Source: Octopus bimaculoides
Lineage: Eukaryota
DNA: 49,930 bases
Assembly (NCBI RefSeq): GCF_001194135.2
Contig: NC_068996.1
Coordinates: 57,066,023-57,115,952, forward strand
Reading direction: 5' to 3'
The stretch's first letter is position 1, and every line of letters starts with the position of its first letter. Position numbers and translations under genes: made by a program. The notes beneath the pieces were generated by a model. The model was not told the DNA's origin, ran no database searches, and saw only the letters and a program-made list of their open reading frames with translations. Positions 12,137 through 24,336 of the stretch are shown here, piece by piece.

Positions 12137-14352
12137 AGCGGGAGAATTCGCAAAAAAACAAAAGACGAAGACAGGTGATGTAGACAACAAACAGATGTAT
12201 TAGTGAAAAAGTCTTTAACGTTTCAAGCCTACGCTCTTCAACAGAAAGGAACACGGAAAGAAACAAGGAGAGAAAATAAAGAATGTGTAGTGGCTAGCAA
12301 TCTATCATGGCGAATGAAGGACAGAGGGGTCACACAGGAGAGCTAGGAAAAAGGGGAGATAATAAAGTAGTGGTGAACCCAAAATAAAGGTGCGCATGCG
12401 TATGCATGTGGAAGAGGGCTGGTGACCTTGACGTGTGTATGTGTAGGTGTGTGGATGATGGTGTAGGGCTGGGAAGTGGTCAGTACTAGTGGGTGCACAG
12501 TGGTGTGATGTGATGTGATGTGGTGTTGTGTGGTATGGTGGTGTATGANNNNNNNNNNNNNNNNNNNNNNNNNNNNNNNNNNNNNNNNNNNNNNNNNNNN
12601 NNNNNNNNNNNNNNNNNNNNNNNNNNNNNNNNNNNNNNNNNNNNNNNNNNNNNNNNNNNNNNNNNNNNNNNNNNNNNNNNNNNNNNNNNNNNNNNNNNNN
12701 NNNNNNNNNNNNNNNNNNNNNNNNNNNNNNNNNNNNNNNNNNNNNNNNNNNNNNNNNNNNNNNNNNNNNNNNNNNNNNNNNNNNNNNGAAGGTGGGGTTG
12801 GATTGTGTAGGGGTGGGGTGACGATGAAGGGAGAGGGGGAAGAGAGAAGGTGGGTAGGAGTGAAAAGAGAGAAGGAGAGTAGGAGTGAAGAGAAGAAGTA
12901 AGAGTTGAAGCAAGAGAGGAGAGGTGGGTGGGAGGAAGTAGGTGTGAGAGAGGAGAGGGGAGGAGAGTTGAGCCCATGTGGTGCAAAGGAGTGAAGAGAG
13001 AAGATTAATCCCTGTTCACGGCAAAAACGAGAGTCCAGATGGCCCTTGTGCAAGGACAATCCAAACACAGACAGGTGTTGCAAAGAGCGACCGGTAGAGC
13101 AGAAATGACATGACTGGGGTGTCATTGCCAAGTCGGATGTCTCGGAGGTGTTCCATGAACCAGTCAGCCAAGCAGAGTCTTGTTTGCCCGATATATAGAA
13201 GGAATCAGTGATGTGATAGGGTCAATGATGGTTGCCAATGAGGAGGGTGGTTTTGGAGAGGTAAGGGCAATTGCAACAGCTTGGGCGGGAGCAGGGGAAC
13301 GAGCCGGGTTGGGAGGTTGGGTTAGGAAAGAAGCTGTTGACTAAGAGGTCTCGTAGGTTGTGGGCTCATTTGAAGGAGGGAAGGTGTCAGTTAGGGAAGA
13401 TGTGCGATGTAGAGGGGTCAGACTGGAGTCACCAGAAGGCTCAGAGAATGGTGCGTTGGAGAGGTAGGTAGCAGGGTGGGTGTGGGGGAGAGAACAGATG
13501 CACGGTCCACAGAACGTGCTCTGGCAAGGGTGATGAGGGAATATCCATGTAAGAGGAAGTGGTGAACCATGAGTTGAGACTGAGTCTCAGTCATGGTCGT
13601 CACTGCAGAGCCTGCGTAGACAGAGGAATTGGGAATAGGGGATGGAAAGCTTGGTGTGTTTAGGGTAGGAGGAGGAGAAGTTGAGGTTTAGTGTGAGTCT
13701 GTGTGTTTGTAGTGGATGGAGGTGGTAAGAGTGTAGTGATGAATGCTGACCGAAATGTCAAGAAAGGAGACAGAGGTGGCAGAGATAGTGCAGGGGAAGT
13801 GGAGGGCAGGATGGAAAGATTTCACAAAAGAGAGGAAGGAGTGTAGATGTTCGTGGGAGAGTGAGGTCGTACCAATACAGTCATCAATATAACAGCCGTA
13901 TATAGTTCAGGAGTGGGACCAGTGAAACTTGAGAATATTTGGGCCTCAATGTAGCCAATGAACAGGTTCGCATAGTTGGGGCCCATTCTCGTTCCCATGG
14001 CCACTCCCAAAACTTGCTGGTAAAAATCACCGGCGAACAAGAAGCAGTTGAGTAAGAGGACAAGTTTGGCCAGACGAATAAGTGTGGATGTGTTGGGTTG
14101 GGGGTTGGGTCGAAGGTCAAGGAAATGGTGAAGTGCACGCAGCCTCTCATGGAGAGGGATCACTGTGTAAAGGCACTGGATGTTGAGAGTGAAGAGAAGT
14201 TTAGAGGGGCCAGGAGGGAAGGAGAAAGAGTTGAACAAACGAAGTGCATGCTTGGTGTCATTGATGTGAAAGGGGAGGGAAGCCATTAAGGGTCAAGGAC
14301 ACAGTCAAGATATCTGGAGATGAGTTTGGTGGGGCAGTTGCAGGCGGAGACT
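12137..14352 (-). mobile_element. Penelope-like retroelement, 5'-truncated (RT + GIY-YIG endonuclease + 3' end)
   Basis: RT motifs LFTLNIQCLYTVIP and GVAMGTRMGPNYANLF, with YIDD at 13880-13891 after a frameshift. Endonuclease YIGQT at 13181-13195 and C-terminal REQGLIFSLHSFAPHGLN. N gap at 12549-12787. Confidence 0.92.
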
Positions 14353-14478
14353 CATAGAATAAGTACCCGGCTTAAAAAAGTTAAGCCCAAGAGTCAATTC
14401 ATTCAACTAAAACTCTTTGAGGTTGTGCCCCAACATGGCCACAGACAAATGACTGAAGCAAGTAAAAGATAAAAGATG
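14353..14478 (+). mobile_element. SINE family B 3' tail
   Basis: ATAGAATAAGTACC...CATGGCCACAGACAAATGACTGAAGCAAGTAAAAGATAAAAGA. Confidence 0.7.
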
Positions 14479-14479
14479 C

Positions 14480-15468
14480 AAAATATTTGTACAGAATTAC
14501 TAGGGATGCCAAATGACACAAAAGTAGTACAAGCATTCAAGGAACCTTCTGATGTTAATCTTCTGCAGAAAGACCTAAATGCTAATATATAAATGGGCAG
14601 AAGAAAACATGCAATTTAATGTGGGTAAATTCCAAGCCCTCCATTATAAGCTAGTTAGGGCTCACATGCCACAGCAATGATACTTTGGCCCAAAAGGAGC
14701 AACAATCCCAAAGTCAAGTATAGTATGTGACCTGGGGATTGATATGAGTAACGATGCCTCATTTCATGTACATATCACCAAGATAGTGGTAGTGTGCTGG
14801 TGAATGGCCAGATGGATTCTGAGAACCTTCAGAACAAGGGACTGGAAACTATGGTCGTTCTGTGGAAGGCATTTGTACTCAGCCATCTGGATTACTGCAC
14901 TCAAGTGTGGTCATCTCACAGTGTTGAATTAATAGCAGAACTTGAGGCAGTTCAGCAGTGCTACAACAAGAAGATTGCATCAATGGAACAGCTGAGCTAC
15001 TGTGAGAGATTGAAAGGGCTACAACTCTACTCCCTGGAGCAAAGGCAGGAGAGACATGCAGTGATATGAGTATGAAAGATCCTGGAGAGATTGGCACCAA
15101 ACTATGGCATTGAGAGCTATACTAACCCCCAAACTAGACGTCACTGCACTGTTCCAGAGCTGCCAGCAATCCCATCTAGAGTGAGGAGCATATACTGAGA
15201 TTCAAGGGCCCACTGCTATTTAAAACCTTGCCAAAATGCCTGAAGGATCTCTATGGAGTAAGGGTAGATGTTTTCAACTTGATTTGTTGTCCAAGGTTTC
15301 AGAGGAATCTATACCAAGGCAAGAAACTCAAAAGATGACAGTTTTGTTGAACTCCTTCCTTCACCAAAAGCCAGTCACATGAGAATGGCCACTGAAAAAG
15401 GGGATTACACTGGCAGTGCTCCAGTATAGCTACAGTCTTTGGGCTGAGACATATAAAACTAATAAAAG

Positions 15469-15470
<2 letters not shown>
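14480..15470 (+). mobile_element. CR1-like LINE 3' end (post-RT region), degenerate
   Basis: NDTKVV...LLQKDL...MQFNVGKFQAL...DLGIDMS...LSHLDYCTQVWS, ending GGCAGTGCTCCAGTATAGCTACAGTC; homologous to 33105-34078. Confidence 0.85.
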
Positions 15471-15500
<30 letters not shown>

Positions 15501-15774
15501 NNNNNNNNNNNNNNNNNNNNNNNNNNNNNNNNNNNNNNNNNNNNNNNNNNNNNNNNNNNNNNNNNNNNNNNNNNNNNNNNNNNNNNNNNNNNNNNNNNNN
15601 NNNNNNNNNNNNNNNNNNNNNNNNNNNNNNNNNNNNNNNNNNNNNNNNNNNNNNNNNNNNNNNACTGGTTCCCAAGCCAGATAATATATTTTGATGGTCA
15701 AACATATGATTGAAGAATATTTAAAATATTTGCAACATTACACAGTCTTTAAGACAAAGAGATGCAAACATACA

Positions 15775-15877
15775 CAAGGACCATAGTAGAAGGCACTTGT
15801 CCAAGGTGATATGCAGTGGGACTGCACTTGAAAAACACATAGTGGTGAGTAAGCAAACTTCTTAACCACACCCATAC

Positions 15878-15886
<9 letters not shown>
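15775..15886 (-). mobile_element. SINE family B 5' half, diverged
   Basis: Reverse complement of the head and ACCTTGGACAAGTGCCTTCTACTATGG core. Confidence 0.65.
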
Positions 15887-15927
<41 letters not shown>

Positions 15928-16975
15928 ATTTGTATGTATAAGCACAAATGTTTGTATTTTGTGTGCTTTGTATGAAAAACTCCTGAGCCCTAAGTTGTGA
16001 AATTTATCATTTCTCTGTCAGCAGGTCATCTGTTAGCTCTCTGTCTTCAAAAACAGTTAAGAGATCCTTGACTTGGAAAAGACATAACAGTAAATGGCAG
16101 AAGGGGTATCCAGATGTAAAAATGTATATTCATTTTATACATGCTAACAGGTGATGTGGGGAAACAGAAAATGAATGAACAAATTTTGGAATAAAAACCA
16201 CATCAGCCTTATTTTAGAGAGAGAATTTTGTCAAGATACATTTACTTGTTACATTAATACCTTTATAATTGAATACTCGTTTGTGTGTTTCAATTGATTC
16301 CAAAAGTGATCAAGAATTTTGAGGAATTTAATAAAATAATTCATTTTTTTTTTCATTTGACTATTAATCGAATGTTTAGAACATACATTGGCAAAAGATT
16401 CTTCATCACCACCTTTATCTTCTTTCCAGCTTCATCCCATTTACACCTGTCAACTGTTGTAAATGTAATTAACAATGTATCTCCTTGCAACAAGAAACCT
16501 GTTCTAGCTCCTTTTCTTTTTCTTACCTTTCACAATATCTTGCATAAAACTGCTTCTCTCTACACTGTAGCCTATCCCACGTAAAGGAGATATTAGTCTT
16601 GTGTGCCACATTACAACCTCACTAATGCAATGAAAAGACAAAAGAAAACAAGAATCATAACTCAGTACATGTTGTAAAGCGGTTGGTATTAGGCAGGGCA
16701 TCCAGTGATAGAAATCATGCCAAATCAGACATTGGCACATAATGCAGTTCTCTGGTCTGTTAGACCTTGTCGTACTGTCCCATATTTGTATATGTGGAAA
16801 ATGAATATTAAAAACTGATCATGATAATGTTAATATTGGAAATATAATTTTAAAACACATAAATTGTCTTCTTTTTTTTTACCAAAGAACCAAAACTGTT
16901 CTTGGACAGGATGATATTAGAAGTGTTTTTAATAAGTCAAAAAGTTATGTTCAAATATCTTTAGGTTTATATATA

Positions 16976-17520
16976 TTTTCGAGCGAGATCGTTGCCGGTG
17001 CCCCTGGGCTGGCTCTTGTGCGGGTGACACATGAAATCTTTTGAGCGGGATCGTTGCCAGTGCCCCTGGACTGGCTCATGTGCAGGCGACACATGAAATC
17101 TTTCAAGCGAGATCATTGCCAGTGCCCCTGGACTGGCTCTTGTGTGGGTGACACATGAAATTATTCGAGTGAGTTCATTGCCAGTGCCCCTGAACTGGCT
17201 TTGTGTGGGGTTGTTATAGGATTTTCAAGCGAGATTGTTGCCGGTGCCCCTGGGCTGGCTCTTGTGCGGGTGACACATGAGGTTTCTCGAGCGAGATGAG
17301 CGTGGCCATTGCCAGTACCGCCTGACTGGCCTTCGTGCGGGTGACACGTAAAAGTGCCCACTACACTCTCTGAGTGGTTGGCGTTAGGAAGGGCATCCAG
17401 CTGTAGAAACTCTACCAAATCAGATTGGAGCCTGGTGTAGCCATCTGGTTCACCAGTCCTCAGTCAAATCGTCCAACCCATGCTAGCATGGAAAGCGGAC
17501 GTTAAACAACGACGACGACG
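16976..17520 (+). mobile_element. RTE-type 3' tail with an expanded tandem array of about 61-bp units and a (GAC)n end
   Basis: Five GAGCGAGATCGTTGCCAGTGCCCCTGGACTGGCT...-type units (16976-about 17280), one variant unit, then the standard RTE tail. Confidence 0.88.
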
Positions 17521-17537
17521 ATATATATATATATATA

Positions 17538-18344
17538 CATGGTGTGATGGGTAAATTGTCACCATTCTATATTTTTAATTTCGTGCATGTGCATTTTTTA
17601 TCTTATTTTGTCAACTACACAGTATAGTAGGGTCAGTTAGGCACCATCTGTGAGAAAAAGAGCACCATGACATAATTCACTCTGCCAGAAATTTGGAAAT
17701 GACATGCTGTACTGCTTGGCATTCATGCTGGAAGCACCAATTCAAAGATNNNNNNNNNNNNNNNNNNNNNCCAGCCAACATCAGGGTGTTTGGAGGGATC
17801 ACTAGTGATGGCAACGTTATGTCTCCATTCATCTTCCCACATGGCCTCACACTCAACACAGAGGCCTACATCAAGTGCCTGGAGGTGGTAGTGCCCCTCT
17901 GAGTCAAGAGGGTGGCTGCTGGAAGACCCTATGTCTGGCAACAGGACTCTGCACCATGTCACACAAGCAGGAGAACCCAGTCATGGCTGTCAGGCAATTT
18001 CTGTGACCACATCACCCCTAACATCTAACTTCCCAGACTCGAGACCCTTGATTATTATGCATGGGGTGCAGTTGAGTGGGAGACCAACAAAACTCCTTGT
18101 AACACCAAAGACGAACTGAAGACAAAGATTATGGCAGCATTTACCAACTTAAATAAGGAGACTGTCTGGATGAGTTGCAGGAGATTCCATGGTTGAAGTC
18201 ATTGACGATTTTATTGAATAAATTTACTCTTTAGTATTTCAAGATATTTTTATGTAATTTTGGTAAATACATTTGTTAAAATGAGATGTCAGTGTTATTT
18301 TCAGTTTTGTGTAACTTAGACGATAATTTATGCACTGCACCCTG
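17538..18344 (+). mobile_element. Tc1/mariner-superfamily DNA transposon, maT-like, internally deleted
   Basis: VWQQDSAPCHT...PLDYYAWG transposase core, homologous to 21491-22717; ends CA(T)GGTG / CACCCTG-TA in a TA context; short N gap inside. Confidence 0.88.
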
Positions 18345-18901
18345 TATATAAGGCATATTAAAGTGCAATTTGAAGTAAAAATATGTAACAACAGACTAGT
18401 AGTACAAATGAAACTAATTTGTGATCACTTACTAGGTAATGGTGCCTCCAATAAGGCTACAGACAACTGGCGATGGGCCTGTTGCATCTTTTGTATCAAA
18501 CTGATCCCATTTAACTTCTGATATTATTCCAAGTTAGAAAATTTCTTATGTTGATTGATCTTTATTTTCTGTTGAAGTTGTATATTTTTAGTTATAGTCC
18601 ATCTGGTTTCTGTCATTCAAATTTATACCCATCATAGCTAATATATGCTCCCATTAATATCTTATAAAAATTAATCAATCAAAAAAAAAAGAAAGAAAGA
18701 AAGAAAATATGGAATGAAGATAAAATTATCATAACGAACAAAGAAAATTAGAGATAAAACAAAAACCACATAAATGTTTACACATTGTTCAGAATTATTC
18801 ACTGATCAATCTTCTGACATTTTCATAGCTTTTCTACTTTATACGGTGTGTTTGTATATATGCATGAATGCATATGTCTGCATGTGTGTGTGTATGTGTA
18901 T

Positions 18902-18932
<31 letters not shown>

Positions 18933-18962
18933 TATGTATATAGAAAGAAAGAGAGAGAGAGA

Positions 18963-19399
18963 GGCAATTATGCAGATAAACAAATTAGATATATTAAATA
19001 TAACAGTTTGGGTATGAAATACAAAATATGTATATATATATATATATATATATATTCACATGCAAATCAAGAGAAAACAAAGAGTGGAGACTTTCAGACG
19101 ATGAATATTTGAGTATAGATATATAGATATTTACATTAATAGATCCAACTTACACAGAGAAAATTAAAGGAGAGGAAGAAAGGTGTTCGACACCTTTCTT
19201 CCTCCTCCTTAATTTTCTCTGTCATTTGTACTTGAATCTATTAATATAAATATCTATATATCCATACCCAAATATTCATCATATGAAAGACTCCACTCTT
19301 TGTTATCTCTCATTTTGCATGTTTACATATATACATATTTTGTATTTCATACCCAAACTGTTATATTTAATATATCTAATTTGTTTATCTGCCTAATTG

Positions 19400-19401
<2 letters not shown>
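18963..19401. repeat. 439-bp foldback palindrome with 3-nt loop
   Basis: Left arm GGCAATTATGCAGATAAACAAATTAG...AAAGGTGT, loop TCG (19187-19189), right arm ACACCTTT...CTAATTTGTTTATCTGCCTAATTGCC. Confidence 0.95.
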
Positions 19402-19456
<55 letters not shown>

Positions 19457-20473
19457 ACTTGGGGATGGTCATATTGCCAGTTTAGCCAATTAAAACACAC
19501 GCACTGTATATTTGGTGTTAATTTGCTTCAGCTTTATATTACATTAATCTTAATCTTATTTCGGCCAGAGTTCTTTCGTCACACTTCTGTGACCTCATCA
19601 GTGGTCCTTTGTTTCCTTCCTTCTTATGTGTGTCTCACCTTGCTAACTATCAGCCATTTTGTATTTTGTATTCCTATTGTATGTGTCTACGCATGCGTGT
19701 CCTTCAACGTGTGTCTATGTTTAGTAAGTACATGCGTGTGTATGGGGAGTGCTTGTATTATCTGTATGCGACAAGGCTAACCCTCTTTAATTACTGATAC
19801 AAACCAGCAGACAGGCTTCTAAACAGCTTTCATTTCCTCAATTTCACTCACAAGTAATGAGTCAAATGAATCAACCCACAGTAATAGAAAATGACATTCA
19901 GTGGGATTGAACCTAGGACCAGATATCTTTCTTGTCAGTAACATTTACATGTTATTCTAAGAGGTTGTGCTGAAACATTCCTGGCTTTGGGTAAAAGAAA
20001 AAGACAGAAGGATCTGTTAATTATGATTTTATTCACCATATTCCCCTCTTAGATTCACACTCTTATTGCAGTGGTCCTTCAGTTTTTCTGAGCCCTGTAA
20101 AAGAACTCAGAAGGTTGGGCCTCCAACCAGGCCTTTCACAATACCCTTAAAGCCAAGAACTTTTCAGCAACCCCTTGTTGTACAGGATTTTTAATTCCAT
20201 GTGTGTCTGCAAAAGCACAGGAGAAATGGAACATTTATTGACAGAAGAAGGCACTAAACTTCACTATCTTAGAGCACACCCATTTTCTCATGCAAGGTAC
20301 AAAATGTAAATATTCACTCACGTATACACACATACACACACAAACACACACACACACACATATGTATGCATATTCTTATATGTATGTGTACTTACATGTG
20401 TGTATGTATTATATATCTGTATATGCATATATATGTGTGTGTGTATATATATATATTTATATATTTATATATA

Positions 20474-20874
20474 GGCACAGGAGTGGCTGTGTGTTAAGTA
20501 GTTTGCTTACCAACCATATGGTTCCGGATTCATTCCCACTGCATGGCACTTTGGGCAAGTGTCTTCTACTATAGCCTCGGGCCGACCAAAGCCTTGTGAG
20601 TGGATTTGGTAGACGGAAACTGAAAGAAACCCATTGTATCTGTATGTATATATATGTATGTGTGTGTGTGTATATGTTTTTGTGTGTGTTTGTCCCCCCA
20701 ACATCGCTTGACAACTGATGCTGGTATGTTTACGTCCCCATAACTTAGCGGTTCGGCAAAAGAGACCAATAGAATAAGTACTAGGCTTACAAAGAATAAG
20801 TCCTGGGGTCAATTTGTCGAATAAAGGCAGTGCTCCAGCATGGCCACAGTCAAATGACTGAGAACAAGTAAAGA

Positions 20875-20877
<3 letters not shown>
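20474..20877 (+). mobile_element. Full-length tRNA-headed SINE, family B (CORE-like, CR1-type tail)
   Basis: A-box-like TGGCTGTGTGTTAAG, B-box-like GGATTCATTCCC, CTTTGGGCAAGTGTCTT (resembles MIR/CORE ACCTTGGGCAAGT), internal microsatellite, tail GGCAGTGCTCCAGCATGGCCACAGTC. Resembles described octopus tRNA-derived SINEs (from recall). Confidence 0.88.
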
Positions 20878-20953
<76 letters not shown>

Positions 20954-21055
20954 AAGTGAGAGTAAAGATTATTTGCCAACATAATGTAGCCCCAGGAAAC
21001 ATCATCTCCAGAGCTTGCTATCGACACACTATCTGCATCCTTATATTTTCCAACA

Positions 21056-21441
21056 AAGGAATGTTTCTCATTCAAAGATTTAGAAATAATAATTTTCCTT
21101 TCTATGAGATTGGTGACTGTGTGTCACTTTGAAAACTATATATTTCAAACAAGAATTTAGTGTCACCATCTCTAGCCGAGATGAAGAGAAATAACTCAGA
21201 AACCATTGGTACACAGATATTGCTTTGAGCTGAGTAGGGACACTAAGCTTCCTTGTTCGAAAATATAAGGAGGCAGATAGTGTGTCATATAGCCAGCTGG
21301 TGACAACACTTCCAGGGACTAAATGACAGTAACATTCGTCCTAATCTGTACTGCCGCACTATGTTGGCAAATAGTCTTTACTCTAGAGTACTGTTATTGA
21401 AAGTTTCTCATTTAGAGATTTAGAAATAATAATTTTTCTAT
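21056..21441. repeat. Segment bounded by about 37-bp direct repeats; possibly a Penelope-type terminal repeat
   Basis: GTTTCTCATTCAAAGATTTAGAAATAATAATTTTCCT near 21064 and GTTTCTCATTTAGAGATTTAGAAATAATAATTTTTCT near 21404. Confidence 0.6.
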
Positions 21442-21490
21442 TTATATGTATATATATGTGTTTGTGTGTGTGTGTGTGTGTGTGCGCGCG

Positions 21491-22717
21491 CAGGCTGTGG
21501 TGAATATATTGTCATCTAAATTATGTAAAAATGAAAATAACACTGACATCTCATTTTAAAAGATATATTTATCAAAATTACCTAAAAATATCTTGAAATA
21601 CTAAAGAGTAAATTTATCCAATAAAATCGCCATTGGCATCAACCATGGCCTCCAGATGACTTTGAAATCTCCAGCAACTCTTCTGGGTCGTCTCCTTGTT
21701 TAAGTTGGTGAATGCTGCCACAATTCTTGCTTTCATCTTTGGTGATACAAGTAGTTTGGTTGGTCTCTCATTCAACTGGGCCCTACACATAATAATCAAG
21801 GGGGTTGCAGTCTGGGGAGTTCAGTGGTCATATGTTTGGGATGATGTGATTGCAGAAATTGTCTGACAGTCATCACTAGGTTCTCCTGCTTGTGTGACAT
21901 GGTACAGAGTCCTGTTGCCAGACATAGGGTTTTCCAACAGCCACCCTCTTGACCCAGGGCAGTACTACCTCCTCCAGGTACATGATGTAGGCATAATATC
22001 ACCATCACTAGTGATCACTCCAAGCACCTTGATGTTGACTGGATGTTTGATTTTTATCACTCTCAGGTGTTATTTTGGGGACACAGCAAGCCAACGGTTG
22101 TTCTCTATGTTCACCATCAGATCCTGGCAGAAGTTTTTCTCATCTGAGAAAAATCAAAGCATTGATTGGAGAGAATGCATAAGTTTGTTCAAAAGCTTCA
22201 TAGTGCAGTCTTTCTTTTTGTCCTTAATGGTTTTGGGATAAAAATTGGCCGTTTCCCATCTTGTATGAAGAATACCGAATGTCTTCATACACTACCTGCC
22301 TGAAACTCAGACACTCCCATTTATCTAGCAATGGACCTGATTGACTTGGCCTGGATCTCAACAAACAAAATCAGTTCTTTTGTTTTCAGAACAATCAGAG
22401 TGAGTTTTCTGAGCTGCCATACCTTCATAATCACCATTAGACTCATCCAACTCTTTCTGAATCCTTTGCACTGTCCTCAGATTGACACTCAAACACTCTG
22501 AAATATTCATATTGGAGATTCTGGCATGAATACCAAGCAATGCAGCATGTCATTTCCAAATTTCTGGCAGAGTGAATTGCATCATGGTGGTGTTTTTCTC
22601 AAAGACAGTGCCCAACTGACCCTATGATACTGTGTAGTTGACAAAATCAAAAACAAACGATGCATATGCAGAAAATTCAAAAATATACAATGGCAATAAT
22701 TTACACATCACACCCTG
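21491..22717 (-). mobile_element. Near full-length maT (DD37D) Tc1/mariner transposon, degenerate
   Basis: HTH-like N-terminus (ISECLSVNLRTVQRI), first D in FFSDEKNF, and exactly 37 codons between QQD and PLD counted from the sequence. TIRs CAGGCTGTGG / CACACCCTG-TA. Confidence 0.92.
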
Positions 22718-22751
22718 TATATAATATATACATAATATAGTATATAATATA

Positions 22752-22816
<65 letters not shown>

Positions 22817-22956
22817 TCATACATATGTAAATATATATGTAGTTGTATATATCTATGTACTATGTATTTATGTATGTGTGTGTGTGTGTGCATTTATAAA
22901 TATGTATAAAGTATATATGTAAACACAGAAAGGCACTTTTTATGTATACGTATCTG

Positions 22957-23019
<63 letters not shown>

Positions 23020-23624
23020 TCACACATATGCACACATTCAGACCTTTACATTAAAAAGATACTACATAATGTCAGAACCTTTGGTAATTATATTAAGCTT
23101 TAACATAATGCAATGGTTTTCCAATTGATTTCCAGTTATCAACCTAAATTGCTGTATTTAAGAGCTACCTCAAAGATATTGGTTATTCCTGGGAGAGTTC
23201 TACTCCCTCATCTCACAGATCATTCCTAACAATCATTGTTGTTTGATATGACTTTCGTTTCTCTGTTTCTTTTTTTCTCTCTCTCTCTCTTTTCCCACGA
23301 AATTGCTTGTATCTTTTTATCTTCAGCTGTCATCAAGCGATATGGAATTTATGCCCCTCCATCACTCTAGTGTTCTGTAAATATTGTGATTTATCAGACC
23401 ATTGAGGTAGCCTTTAGGTAGTTTCTCAACAAGCAAGAAATAGCAGATAAATCTAGCTCATATCACATCCCCTCATTTCTAAAATGGAAGAACACATTAA
23501 AATGGCAGATCTGCAAGAGTTGTTAGGTTGTTGGATAGAATGCCTCAACAGTATTCATTCTAGCTTTCAAATCTAGAGTTCAAATCTTGTCAAGATCAGT
23601 TCTGCTTCTTTGTGTTCTGATAGC

Positions 23625-23668
23625 AACACCGGTGTAACACTAGTGTAACACTAGTGTAACACTGGTGT
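23625..23668. repeat. 4 x 11-bp tandem of palindromic units
   Basis: AACACCGGTGT AACACTAGTGT AACACTAGTGT AACACTGGTGT. Confidence 0.9.
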
Positions 23669-24336
23669 CAGGTTGTATTGGCCCACGTTGGTGGCTTTTT
23701 CCTTGGACAGCATCTGTATTGCTAAAAGAAGAAAATCTTTACATGCAAGAGTAGTTGTCAGTTTTCAGAAAAAAAAAAATAGAAAATCTTACCTCAACCT
23801 GCACATGAATGTGGAGGTGTGCATGGTTAACCTTGAGTGGCAGAAGATCCTATGTACTCATGGCCAACAAAGATAAAGTAATAGAAATATTAAATGCAAA
23901 TGAATGAAATGACTTTGAACATATACATCAACTCGATCGGGGCTGACCTTGCATCAAACAGAAATATTACTAGAATAATGTATCTGTTTATTCTTAATAC
24001 AATTCGAGCATGAATATCAGATCAGTTTTGTTTTGAATCATCAGGGTAACACCTCCTTCCCCTTTACACAGGTGAATCACATGTGTTATGAACACGTATA
24101 AAGGTTAGTGAATAACAACAGTGATCAGCATATTCACGTTTGGATCTACTTGAACATATTAAGAATGAATAAACACATTATTGTTTGGATTCTTGATGTT
24201 CTGCCTGCTCTCCTTGAATCATTAGTGATATTACTGTTTAATTATTAATGTTTTTCAATTATAGATTTGTAGACTTTTAGAACCTAATCTTCACGTTGTG
24301 AGAGATGGTGGGTAATGAGTGTAAAATTAAGAAATA

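Noticed and set aside
16976-17345. CRISPR-like array of about 61-bp period with palindromic cores
   Set aside because: Whole units are homologous with no unique spacers, there are no cas genes, and the array runs into an RTE LINE tail in eukaryotic DNA.
20186-20297. Open AG...GT segment (IFNSMCVCKSTGEMEHLLTEEGTKLHYLRAHPFSHA) as an upstream KIF26 exon
   Set aside because: Its phase-2 end is incompatible with the phase-0 exon A acceptor, the donor is weak (GTACAA), and no similarity is recognised.
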